The position numbers were made by a program, and so were the translations under genes. A stretch of 63,160 bases of DNA, the filler included, from Chiloscyllium plagiosum (Eukaryota), in the NCBI RefSeq assembly GCF_004010195.1. It is 4 parts of one record of this genome, joined end to end, with 100 filler letters (N's around TTAATTAATTAA, not from the genome) between each part and the next. Parts side by side here need not be neighbours in the genome. Positions count along the whole stretch, not along the records: positions 51,505 to 58,256 come from NC_057710.1; positions 58,357 to 63,160 come from NC_057710.1; 2 more parts are not named here. The stretch is one strand, 5' to 3'. This document shows positions 51,757 to 63,160 of this stretch, one piece after another (the stretch's first letter is position 1; each line of letters opens with the position of its first letter). A model generated the notes under the pieces. The model ran no database searches, was not told where the DNA came from, and saw only the letters and a list, made by a program, of their open reading frames with translations.

Positions 51757-52065
51757 ACGGTGGCACAGTGGTTCGCACCCCAGCCTCACAGCGCCAGGGA
51801 CCTGGGTTCAATTCCAGTCTTGGACGACTGTCTGTGTGGAGTTTGCACGTTCTCCCCGTGTCTGTGTGGGTTTCCTCTGGGTGCTCCGGTTTCCTCCCAC
51901 AGTCCAAAGATGTGCAGCTTATGTGAATTGGCCATGTTGAATTGCCCGTAGTGTGAGGTGTATCATTCAGAGGGAAATAGGTCTGGGTGGTTTACTCTTC
52001 GGAGGGTCAGTGTGGACTTGTTGGGCCGAAGGGCCTGTTTCCACACTGTAGGGAATCTAATCTAA
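51757..52065 (+). mobile_element. HE1-like SINE
   Basis: tRNA head with A box tggcacagtgg and B box ggttcaattcc; gggaatctaatcta tail. Confidence 0.88.
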
Positions 52066-52584
52066 AAAAAAGAGAATATCTTCTCTCCCTTTGCAGAATC
52101 CTGTTGATCAGGTCTCCACGTTCCTGTTGAAGAATCGCAGAATCAATTTTGCCTTTTTCTGCCAGCTAAGAAATGCCCTTGTGTACAAAGGGAAACATTA
52201 GAATGCCAGTGCTCCTCTGAATGAATAATGATTTTTTTTAAGCATGGCATGGATGCAAGGGTTGCTCGATTTTCAATGATTATGAGTGGCAAATGGTGAG
52301 TGGTAAGATGGAGTGGGATTTGGGTGCAAGGGATGCCATGGTTTGGGGTAGATCATTAATGAGGGGTGTTTGGTAAGATACAGTGGTAAGTGGCATTAGG
52401 CTTCGCAATAGAAATTCCTCTTTTTGAAAGGAATTTGCACTTAGCCAAAAGTAAATAACATACAGCCATAGCTTACTTTTAAATACATACTAAATACAGT
52501 ATATAATTGAACAGTGTTATGCTTTCCAATGACAAAGTAGAAATGAAATCAGAAAAGGGCAATTTTTTTCATTCAACACACATT

Positions 52585-54485
52585 CGAGTGAATCCTTAGA
52601 AGAGTATAAAGGCAGTAGGAGTATATTTGAGAGGGAAATCAGGAGAGTAAAAAAGGGACATGAGATAGCTTTGGCAAATAGGGTTAAGGAACATCCAAAG
52701 GGTTTTTACAAATACATTAAGGATAAAAGGGTGACTAGGGAGAGAATAGAGCCCCTCAAAGATTAGCAAGGTGACCTTTGTGTGGAGCCGCAGAAAATGG
52801 GGGAGATACTAAATGAGTACTTTGCATCAGTGTTTACTGTGGAGAAGGCCAGGAAAGATATACAATGTGGGGAAATAGATGGTGACACTTCGAAAAAAGT
52901 CCATATCACAGAGGAGGAAGTGCTGGATGTCTTGAAATGCATAAAGGTGGATAAATCCGCAGGACCAGATCAGGTGTACCCTAGAACTCTGTGGGAAGCT
53001 AGAGAAGTGATTGTTGGGCCTCTTGCTGAGATATTTGTATCATCAATAGTCACAGTTGAGGTGCCGGAAGACTGGAGGTCAACTAACATGGTGCCACTGT
53101 TTAAGAAAGATCATAGGACAAGCCAGGGAATTGTAGACCGGTGAGCCTGATGTCAGTGGTGGGCAAGTTGTTGGAGGGAATCCTGAGGGACAGGATTGAC
53201 ATGCATTTGGAAAGACAATGACTGATTAGGCATAGTCAACATGGTTTTGTGCGTGGGAAATCATGTCTCACAAATTTGATTGAGTTTTTTGAGGAAGTAA
53301 CAAAGAGGATTGATGAGGGCAGAGTGGTTGACGTGATCTATATGTACTTCAGTAAGGCGTTCGACAATATTCCCCATGGGAGACTGGTTAGCAAGGTTAG
53401 ATCTTATGGAATACTGGGACAACTAGCCATTTGGATACAGAACTGGCTGAAAGGTAGGAGACAGAGGGTGGTGGTGGAGGGTTGTTTTTCAGACTGGAGG
53501 CCTGTGACCAGTGGAGTGCCACAAGGATCGGTGCTAGGTCCTCTACTTTTAGTCATTTATGTAAATGATTTGGATGTGAATATAGGAAGCATAGTTAGTA
53601 AGTTTGCAGATGACACCAAAATTGGAGGTGTAGTGGACAGTGAAGAAGGTTACGTCAGAGTATAACAGGATCTTGATCAGATAGGCCAATGGGCTGAGGA
53701 GTGGCAGATGGAGTTTAATTTGGATAAATGTGAGGTGCTGCATTTTGGGAAAGCAAATCTTAGCAGGACTTATGCACTTAATGGTAAGGTCCTTGGGAGT
53801 GTTGCTGAACAAAGAGACCTTGGAGTGCAGGTAGTAAAAAGTAAAGCCGCAGGTAGTTAGGATAGTGAAGAAGGCATTTGGTATGTTTTCCTTTATTGGT
53901 CAGAGCATTGAGTATAGGTGTTGGGAGGTCATGTTGCGGCTGTACAGGACATCGGTTAGGCCACTTTTGGAACATTGTGTGCAATTCTGGTCTCCTTCCT
54001 ACTGGAAGGATGTTGTGAAACTTGAAAACGTTCAGAAAAGATTTGCAAGGATGTTGCCAGGGCTGGAGGATTTGAGCTATAGAGAGAGGCTGAATAGGCT
54101 GGGGCTGTTTTCCCTGGAGCGTTGGAGGCTAAGGGGTGACCTGAGGGGCATGGATAGGATAAATAGACAAAGACTTTTCCCTGGGAGTCTAGAACTAGAG
54201 GGCATAAGTTTAGGGTTGGAAGGGAAAGATATAAAAGGGACCTAAGGGGCAACATTTTCACACAGAGGGTGGTACGTGTATGGAATGAGCTGCCAAAAGG
54301 AAGTGGTGGAGGCTGTTACAATTGCAAAATTAAAAAGGCATCTGGATGGGAATATGAATAGTAAGGGTTTAGAGGGATATTGGCCGGCTGCTGGCAAATG
54401 AGACTAGATTAGGTTGGGAAATCTGTTCGGCATGAACAGATTGTACTGAAGGGTCTATTTTCTGTGCTGTACATCTCTATGACTC
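52585..54485 (+). mobile_element. 5'-truncated CR1 family B
   Basis: [20 protein letters not shown] and LLEHCVQFWSP motifs, plus the 3' tail. Confidence 0.9.
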
Positions 54486-54774
54486 AGTAACACTATAATT
54501 TAATAAGTGTAAATTGAGAGGAATAAAAAAGATCCGTTAATCTGATGAGAGTCCTTTATTTTCTTTGTAAATATAGTGGAGATCTTTCCACTTTAATAAA
54601 TCCCAGTAAAGAACTTGAGAAATGTATTTACTCGGAGAGTATAGAGAAGGAGCACATAGAACTTGCTTCGATATGGACTGGTTGAGCAAAATTGCACAGC
54701 TGCACTCATGGGTATGGTGGTGAAACACATGAGGTTGAGATGAAGTAAGGTGGAAGTAGGCTTTTATTTGTCCA

Positions 54775-55090
54775 TAGGATGCAGGGGACGCTAGTAGGGC
54801 CAGCATTAATTCTCCATCCCAATTAAGAATCAATTACAAGGTTGTGGGTCTTGATGTAGATCATTAAAATTAAGGAGAGCAGATTTCCTTTCCCGACAAG
54901 GTATTAGTGAACTAGGTAAGGTTTTTGCGACAATTGACACTGGTTACCCGGTTACTATTAGACAAACTACTTATTTTAAATCCTGGATTTTTAATAAATT
55001 TAAAATCTACTGTCTGCCATGATGAGATATGAACTCTAAAGCATCAGCCTGGAGTTCTGGATTGAGTTCAGTAATATTACAACTACCTCA
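54775..55090 (-). mobile_element. Old SINE of a second family (possibly Deu-domain/SacSINE-like)
   Basis: Decayed resemblance to an abundant shark SINE, recognised from memory only. A possibly related plus-strand fragment lies at ~60860-60990. Confidence 0.4.
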
Positions 55091-57264
55091 GGAGCACAAA
55101 TAGTGACATAGACCTGTTGGATGAAAGAGCCTGTTGGCTGTAAAATTCTGTGTTAGTTGACAACAGAACTGCAGTAGAAATCGTATCCTTCAGTAAAGAA
55201 AGGAAACAACACAAAGAAAATTGCATGGAGAATCAAAAAAAAATGGACAATTCTGATGAAAAGTAATGGCATACTGTGATGAGGCACTAGAATAATTTAT
55301 GATAAAAACATGGATGAAGTACTACATGGGAGACTTACTACAAGTCCTTTCCTGCCTTAGGTAGTTTCACCTCCAGTGACTTAGACTAGAAATCCTTCCC
55401 TGCTTTACAGACTAATTAACTGACCCTGAAGCCCTGACACTTTAATGAATCTTCCTGTCATTACATTCAGTTATTCAGCCAACCTGACAAGCAGATTGCT
55501 TTATTACTGAATTTTTAAAAAAAAATCAAAATGAACATCGTGGAGTACTGGCAATTTAACTGAATGAAAACCAGCACCAGGGATAAATTATTAACCATAA
55601 TGAGCTGAAGTTTCGAGAACTTGCCAACATCCTACTGTGCAAGGTATAGATCCCATGACATTTCTAAAGTTCACACAGATTTTATGCACTAATTAGGTCT
55701 ATTCTGTATTTGATTATCCTGATTAGAAAGACATAGCTCCAGACTCAACCACCCACTGTTTTACAACTACAAACGCTGACATCTGCTGCAAACTTCCAGT
55801 TAGAAAAGCCCATGACCATTGTTTGACTTGTTTATGAAGAACGTTTTTTGTTTTCATTAAAAGTTTGACCTGAGCATTTTGACTTTGTAAATTTATTAAT
55901 ACTTTGGAGGAAAACTCAACTCTGACTAGTACACACTAAGCAGGAATATATAATCGTTTAGGGACACTGGACAAGCTATGTAAAATCTGGTTAATATTCA
56001 AGCAAATACTGTGAAACTGAATTCAATGAAGCACAAAACATTTTCCTAATAGTGACCATACTACCGCTATTGATTATTGTATGTGGTTCACGGTTGCCCC
56101 AAAGGGAGAGAAATATGCCTTTGTGATTGCAAGACTGTCCACTATGTAGCTGACTCTGAACTGCTTGATAGATGTTAAATGCTGGCTGGGCCAGCAAATC
56201 TCATGAGAAAACCCATTTTTTTTTTCAAAATCTGATTTACCAAGCAGCAGCATTTCTGTTCCATACTGTATTGACTGATCTCATCACAAGAGGTGTTTGC
56301 AGCATTGCATTAGGTCACATGTCATTATTTAGGTTGATCTGCAAAAGTCTCGTCTGGTTGAGCATGTGTAATCACAGGAGTATTAGACAGTGCTGCACCT
56401 ATCCTCACTGGAACCCAATGCATTGGATAGAGTACAAATTTGACATGGAAGTGAGCATCATCTCTGCTCAGGGATGGTTAGAGTTTTGTCACATAATTAT
56501 ACAATTACCAACCCAATACGTATGAACAAGAAGGATGGCTGATCTTGCAGAATTCTACACACTGATCTATTCTCTCATTTATGTGAACTGTCTATATTTT
56601 ATCCAAACAGTCAGCATTTTGAGCACAGTTTCGATGTTTGAGGTGACATCTAGTACTACTCTCAGTCTGCTCCCCAATTACCAGGTTCTATTCCTATTTG
56701 TTTCCTCATTGGAACAAAGGTTTTTTTTTCAATAAACAAAAATCTTTTAAATGGAAACATTCTGACACAGCACCTTCTGTTCACAGAATCCAATTGCCGC
56801 AAATTCAGGAGCGAGGTGATGGGAGCAGCATTGAGGAGGAGAAAACAGCTGGAGTGATGGTATGAGGCGTTGGAAGGACAGTGAACAAGGAAGGTGAAAG
56901 TATCAGCATGAATGTGCAGCAATGGTTCTGAGAAAAATGTCATGCAAGCTGTAAAATAATCATATAGATGTATCTTTTTAGTATGATATTTGGTGCTGAA
57001 ACAAAGACTGAAATGGTCACGAAGAAAGGCTATGCCTTCTCGTCACAATTACACAGAAGCCCTGATTAGAAGAGCAACATGTGAAACTGGCATTTCCATC
57101 CAGGGAGAAGGAGAGGATCAAATATGCTTCTTGGCTGTGGTTTGTGAATTCAGTAATCTAGTTACTTTAGTTTCTGAAATTTAACTTTACAAATTCAACC
57201 AAAAAAATCTCTGGAGGTGGAGCTTCTTTTTGATAGGGATATGCCAGGTATCCCAAGGGATTTA

Positions 57265-57575
57265 TAGAATCCCTACAGTGGGGTGAACAGCCCTTCGGCC
57301 CAACAAGTCCACACCGACCCTCTGAAGAGTAACCCACCCAGACCCATTCTCCTATATTCACCCCTGACTAATGCACCTGACCTACACATCCCTGAACTTT
57401 ATGGGCAATTTAGCATGGCCAGTACACCTAACCTGCACATCTTTGGATTGTGTGAGGAAACCCATACAGATATAGGGAGATTGTACAAACTCCACAAACC
57501 CAAGGCTGGAATTGAACCCAGGTCCTTGGCGCTGTAAGGTAGTAGTGCTAACCACTGAGCCACCAAGCCACCGTG
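57265..57575 (-). mobile_element. HE1-like SINE
   Basis: Homologous to the other copies. Confidence 0.85.
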
Positions 57576-57889
57576 CTAGCCCTAAGAATAAGTATGTCCA
57601 ATGACAATAGAATTGCATAAGTCAAGGTGTCAAGTTATTCATGGCCTTGAATGTTTTCAAACAAAAGTACAGCTTAAAATAATTAGTAGTTGCAAATTCG
57701 ATGGATACCTCTTGAAATAAGCCTGAATACTAACCTGATATATTCTGTGGAAGTGAGGGCGAGATAGCATTTTTGTTGTTGTTTTGTTATGATAACTGGG
57801 ATGAAGTTATCCTCACCAATATTTCTGTTAATCAAAAAACAAGTGATCTGGTTATTATCAGATTGCTGTGTGCAGATTGGCTGTATCTT

Positions 57890-58256
57890 TAGAACATAAG
57901 GGGAAGGGTATGCAGCCAGAAGTCGTGGTGCACGTTGGCACCAACGACATAGGTAGGAAGAGGGGTGGGGAGGTCATTCAGGAGTTCAGGGAGTTAGGCT
58001 GGAAGTAAAAAGCTCGGACGGACAGAGTCGTCATCTCTGGGTTGTTGCCGGTGCCACGTGACAGTGAGGTAAGGAATAGGGAGAGAGTGCAGTTGAACAC
58101 GTGGCTGCAAGGATGGTGTAGGAGGGAGGGCTTCAGGTATTTGGACAATTGGACTGCATTCTGGAGAAGGTGGGACCTGTACAAGCAGGACGGGTTGCAC
58201 CAGCACCAGAAGGGCACCAATATCCTGGGAGGTAGGTTTGCTAGCACTCTTCGGGG
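57890..58256 (+). mobile_element. CR1 ORF1 esterase (SGNH) fragment
   Basis: VVVHVGTNDI...VVISGLLPVPR...LNTWLQGWC...DGLH. Confidence 0.85.
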
Positions 58257-58356
58257 NNNNNNNNNNNNNNNNNNNNNNNNNNNNNNNNNNNNNNNNNNNN
58301 TTAATTAATTAANNNNNNNNNNNNNNNNNNNNNNNNNNNNNNNNNNNNNNNNNNNN
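58257..58356. other. Artificial assembly/concatenation spacer
   Basis: N44-TTAATTAATTAA-N44. Confidence 0.97.
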
Positions 58357-59235
58357 ACCTGGACAGGTTAGGTGAGTGGTTAGATGCATGGCAGATGCAG
58401 TTTAATGTGGGTAAATGTATGGTTATCCACTTTGGTGGCAAGAACAGGAAGGCAGATTACCACCTAAGTGGAATCAATTTAGGTAAAGGGGCAGTACAAA
58501 GAGATCTGGGTGTTTTTGTACACCAGTCAATGAAGGTAAGCATGCAGGTACAGCAGTTAGTGAAGAAGGCTAATAGCGTGCTGGCCTTCATAACAAGAGG
58601 GACTGAGTATAGAAGCAAAGAGGTTCTTCTGCAGCTGTACAGGGCCCTGGTGAGACCACACCTGGAGTACTGTGTGCAGTTCTGATCTCCAAATTTGAGA
58701 AAAGACATTCTGGCTATTGAGGGAGTGCAGCGTCGGTTCACAAAGTCAATTCCTGGAATGGCGGGACTACCTTACACTGAAAGACTGGAGTGACTGGGCT
58801 TGTATGCCTTTGAGTTTAGAAGACTGAGAGGGAATCTGATTGAGACATATAAGATTATTAAAGGATTGGACACTCTGGAGGCAGGAAACATGTTTCCGCT
58901 GATGGGTGAGTGCCGAACCAGAGGACACAGCTTAAAAATACGGGGTAGACCATTTAGGACAGAGATGAGGAGAAACTTCTTCACCCAGAGAGTGGTGGCT
59001 GTGTGGAATGCTCTGCCCCAGAGCAGTGGAGGCCCAGTCTCTGGATTCATTTAAGAAAGAGTTGGATAGAGCTCTTGAGGATAGTGGAATGAAGGGTTAT
59101 GGAGATAAGGCAGGAACAGGATATTGATTAAGGATGATCAATATCCTGTTCCTGCCATGATCATATTGAATGGTGGTGCAGGCTCGAAGGGCTGAATGGC
59201 CTACTCCTGCACCGATTGTCTATTGTCTATTGTCT
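58357..59235 (+). mobile_element. CR1 family A 3' portion
   Basis: WQMQFNVGKC...LVRPHLEYCVQF...RTRGHSLK; (TATTGTC)n tail. Confidence 0.9.
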
Positions 59236-59620
59236 CTGGGTGAAGAAGTTTCTCCTCAACTCTGTTCTAAATGGCCTCACCCGTATTTTTAAACTGTGTC
59301 CTCTGGTTCGGGACTCACCCATCAGCAGAAACATGCTTCCTGCCTCCAGAGTGTCCAATCCTTTAATAATCTTATACGTCTCAATCAGATCCCCTCTCAT
59401 CCTTCTAAATTCATGCGTATATAAGCCCAGTCACTCCAATCTTTCAACATATGATAGTCCCGCCATTCCAGGAATTGACCTCATGAACCTACGCTGCATT
59501 CCCCCAATAGCCAGAATGTCCTTCCTCAAATTTGGAGACCAAACTGCACAAAATGCTCCAGGTGTGGTCTCACCAGGGCCCTGTCCAGCTGCAGAAGGAT
59601 GTCTTTGCTCCTATACTCAA
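59236..59620 (-). mobile_element. Second CR1 family A fragment in the opposite orientation
   Basis: Reverse-complement homolog of ~58610-58990 with scattered differences. Confidence 0.85.
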
Positions 59621-59639
59621 TCCTATACCACCCGTTTGT

Positions 59640-60060
59640 CTCTGGCAGGAAAGAACGAGAAGAAGTGTATTTCTGTTGTCAATACAGAGTCTCAGACATT
59701 CTCTTTGTGTAGAAGTGCATGACAAAATGTAAAATGGTGGTTCTGTTTTTAGCAACAGCCTGGAAGGAACTAACATATCAAGATTAAAAGCACCAGTCAA
59801 CTTGACAGCCACAATCAACGCTACCCTTGGCTTGGACACAAGTTACATCTGTGGCAACAGCAGTTAGCACATTTCACCCTTGAAGTGAAAATATGGCAAA
59901 CATTAATCATTACAGAAAATGAGGTAAGAGATCTGTCCTTTGAACAGGTTCTGTAGGTACAGCCTCTTGCGGCAAGTGCTGTGTCCATTCCTTCTCTTTT
60001 CTCTTCTGTCGCTTTTGTTTTGCTTTGAGTGGTCTTTCTTCACTCTCGTTCATCTTCAAT
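59640..60060 (-). pseudogene. Decayed PIF/Harbinger transposase (HARBI1-like) N-terminal fragment
   Basis: Minus translation RKRLYLQNLFKGQISYL..ND*CL..FHF..EMC*LLLPQM*..KPRVALIVAVKLTGAFN, then after a frameshift SSFQAVA....HF.MH.Y.KRMSETLY. This parallels the Harbinger helix-turn-helix region (AL.VAVK.T.ALNF.A.GSFQ). Confidence 0.6.
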
Positions 60061-60214
60061 TCCAGGAGCAATGCCTCCAGTCACCCCCGTCCTAAAGCAC
60101 CTCATTTCAGCACAAGCTTTAAACCAATGGAAACATATTTTAGCATAGTTGGATAACTATTCCAATTTGAGGCAATTATCTGAAAGCTCCAAAAGTGCAA
60201 ACAATTGCACCAAC

Positions 60215-60545
60215 ATTAGCACTATTGCTTCACATCGCCAGGGACCCGGGTTCGATTCCACCCTCGGGTGACTGTCTGTGTGGAGTGTGCATGTTCTCCC
60301 CGTGTCTGTCTTGGTTTCTTCCGGGTGCTCCGGTTTCCTCCCACAGTCCAAAGATGTGCAGGTTGGGTGAATTGGCCATGCTAAATTGCCCGTAGTGTTC
60401 AGGGATGGGTAGGTTAGGTGCATTAGTCAGGAGTAAATATAGGATAATAGGGTAGGGGAATGGGTCTGGATGGGTTATTCTTCGGAGGTTCGGTCTGGAA
60501 TTGTTGGGCCAAAGGGCCTGTTTCCACATTGTACAGATTCAATGA
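60215..60545 (+). mobile_element. HE1-like SINE
   Basis: B box ggttcgattcc, full body and tail. Confidence 0.88.
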
Positions 60546-61383
60546 TAACTCATCTGTTCGTCAGACACCGCGAGTTTAAACAGTCACTGTTAATGGGTTG
60601 AATACATCTCTAACTCCTTTTACTCCTGCCTGAAGTGTGGTGGTCAGGCATAGATTTAATTCTTTAATTGCCTCTGCTCCAGGGTTTTATAAGTGCTGAT
60701 CATACTATCTATACTGTTATATTCTGTACCACTATTTTTAAAGCCCAGGATCCCATAGACATGTTTTACTACCTTCTGCACCTACCTTGCAGTGGTAGGG
60801 GTGCATGTACCACTAGGGTCATTTGCTTCTGCACTCTGTTTAGAACTGTACCAATTCAGGCCACCAAGCAGGGGTTTCAATGTCACCATAGCAATTGGGA
60901 ATTTAAGTTCAATTGAGTTTTAAACATCTGGAATAAAAAAGTTAGTTTCAGTAAGGGTGACAATGAATGTACAAACTGGTCAGCAATGCCTTTCTTTTCA
61001 CGGATTTCTTTCCCAGGTATAGCCCACATGCAAATCAAGACACAAAATGCTTTTATTCAAGGCATCTCCTTGAAATTTCCTTGATTACATTTTGGTTTTC
61101 AGAATGGACTTCTTGGTTTTTCGGTACGCCACTCACCATGAGATTGTATCACCAAATAAATAACAATCCATTTGATGTTTGTATTGACTTGGGGATTCAG
61201 ACTTATGCAGAAGCTTAATTAGAATAATTCATTAATATCTTCAACTACCGACCCTCCATTAAAAATACACATTCGAGGTGGTGGTGAAGTAGAACACGGC
61301 AGCCACAGCTCCTCCCTCAATAGGTTCCTGTTTTGTTTTTTTTCACTCTTTTTTGTTTTCTCTTCTGTCTTTTCCTCTTCTGC

Positions 61384-62835
61384 TAGCAGGCCGGAGCGGT
61401 GTGGGGCTGACCAGCAGGCCGGAGCGGTGTGGGGCTGACCAGCAGGCCGGACGGTGTGGGGCTGACCAGCAGGCCGGAGCGGTGTGGGGCTGACCAGCAG
61501 GCCAAAGCAGTGTGGGGCTGACCAGCAGGCCGGAGCGGTGTGGGGCGGACCAGCAGGCCGGACGGTGTGGGGCTGACCAGCAGGCCGGACGGTGTGGGGC
61601 TGACCAGCAGGCCGGACGGAGCAGTGTGGGGCTGATCAACAAGCCGGAGTGGTGTGGAACTGACCAGCAGGCCGGAGCGGTGTGGGGGTGACCAGCAGGC
61701 CGGAGTGGTGTGGAACTGACCAGCAGGCCGGAGTGGTGTGGGGCTGATCAACAGGCCAGAGTGGTGTGGGGCTGACCAGCAGGTCGGAGCAGTGTGGGGC
61801 TGATCAACAGGCCGGAGTGGTGTGGGGCTGACCAGCAGGCCGGAGTGGTGTGGGGCTGATCAACAGGCCGGAGCGGTGTGGGGCTGACCAGCAGGCTGGA
61901 GTGGTGTGGAACTGACCAGCAGGCCGGAGCGGTGTGGAACTGACCAGCAGGCCGGAGCGGTGTGGGGCTGATCAGCAGGCCGGAGCGGTGTGGGGCTGAC
62001 CAGCAGGCCGGAGTGGTGTGGAACTGACCAGCAGGCCGGAGCAGTGTGGAACTGACCAGCAGGCTGGAGTGGTGTGGGGCTGACCAGCAGGCCGGAGCGG
62101 TGTGGGGCTGACCAGCAGGCTGGAGCGGTGTGGGGCTGACCAGCGGGCCGGAGCGGAATGGGGCTGACCAGCAGGCTGGAGCGGTGTGGAACTGACCAGC
62201 AGGCTGGAGTGGTGTGGGGCTGACCAGCAGGCCGGAGCGGTGTGGCGCTGACTAGCAGGCTGGAGCGGTGTGGAACTATCCAGCAGGCCGGAGCAGTGTG
62301 GGGCTGACCAGCAGGCCAGAGTGGTGTGGAACTGACCAGCAGGCCGGAGCGGTGTGGGGCTGACCAGCAGGCCGGAGCGGTGTGGAACTGACCAGCAGGC
62401 CGGAGCGGTGTGGGGTTGATCAACAGGCTGGAGTGGTGCGGAGCTGACCAACGGGCCAGAGCAGTGCAGAGCTGAGCAGCAGACCGGAGCGGTGCGGAGC
62501 TGTCCAACAGGCTGGAGTGGTGTGGAACTGACCAGCAGGCTGGAGTGGTGCGGAGCTGATGAACAGGCTGGAGCGGTGCGGAGCTGACCAATGGGCCGGA
62601 GCAGTGTGGAACTGACCAGCAGACCGGAGCGGTGTGGAACTGACCAGCAGACCGGAGCGGTGCGGAGCTGAGCAACAGGCCGGAGCGGTGTGGAACTGAC
62701 CAGCAGACCGGAGCTGTGCAGAGCTGACCAATGGGCCGGAGCAGTATGGAACTGACCAGCAGGCCGGAGTGGTGCGGAACTGACCAACAGGCCGGAGGAG
62801 TATGGAATTGACCAGCAGGCCGGAGCGGAGTGGGG
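61384..62835. repeat. G-rich 28-bp minisatellite, ~50 units (gcaggccggagcggtgtggggctgacca)
   Basis: Direct tandem periodicity. The minus-strand ORFs cycle every 28 aa, which equals 3 units. Confidence 0.97.
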
Positions 62836-62859
62836 ACTTTAACCAACAGCCTGGTTACA

Positions 62860-63160
62860 ACGGCCCGGAGCAGAGTGGGGATTATAGCCAATGGCCTGGA
62901 GCGGAGTGGGGACTGTAGCCAATGGCCTGGAGCGGAGTGGGGACTGTAGACAATGGCCTGGAGTGGAGTGGGGATTATAGCCAATGGCCTGGAGTGGAGT
63001 GGGGATTATAGCCAATGGCCCGGAGCGGAGTGGGGATTATAGCCAAAGGCCCGGAGCGGAGTGGGGACAATAGCCAATGGCCCGGAGCCGAGTGGGGACT
63101 GTAGCCAATGGCCCGGAGCGGAGTGGGGACTATAGCCAATGGCCCGGAGCGGAGTGGGGA
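62860..63160. repeat. 31-bp minisatellite (gccaatggcccggagcggagtggggattata), runs off the window end
   Basis: caatgg recurs at 62951 and 62982. Shares the ggcc.ggagcgg.gtgggg core with the 28-bp array. Confidence 0.95.

Noticed and set aside
61860..62984. 374-aa and overlapping Pro/Ala/Ser-rich ORFs
   Set aside because: By-products of a stop-poor 28-bp minisatellite; the same peptide cycle appears in several frames.
61384..63160. CRISPR-like array of ~28-31-bp repeats
   Set aside because: Head-to-tail tandem units with no unique spacers, no cas genes, and a vertebrate context.

Overview
Eukaryotic, repeat-saturated genomic DNA. It is most likely from a cartilaginous fish (shark), inferred from the HE1-like SINE, CR1, Rex1/Babar and Penelope repeat content. 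The window consists of four segments joined by three artificial 100-nt spacers (N44-TTAATTAATTAA-N44). The only host coding sequence I can support is one 197-bp minus-strand internal exon (18357-18553) encoding the EF-hand region of follistatin-like 5 (FSTL5), so most of the window is probably intronic. The rest is decayed mobile DNA: many CR1 LINEs, Rex1/Babar LINEs, a Tx1/L1 fragment, HE1-like SINEs, a nested Gmr1-like Gypsy LTR element (955-11482), an ERV integrase-env fragment (24950-26660), Penelope-like (PLE, RT + GIY-YIG) remnants, Tc1/mariner-type MITEs, a decayed Harbinger transposase and three minisatellites. The most striking signal is three sequence-distinct families of short PLE-derived elements. 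Each carries a minimal type I hammerhead ribozyme core (CUGA(U/A)GA...GAAA) with covarying stems and a 4-nt palindromic stem III (AGCU or ACGU). They often occur as inverted pairs with 11-14 bp target-site duplications, and two near-intact copies lie in FSTL5 sense orientation, one on each side of the exon. All calls were made by eye, and repeat boundaries are approximate unless exact motifs are quoted.
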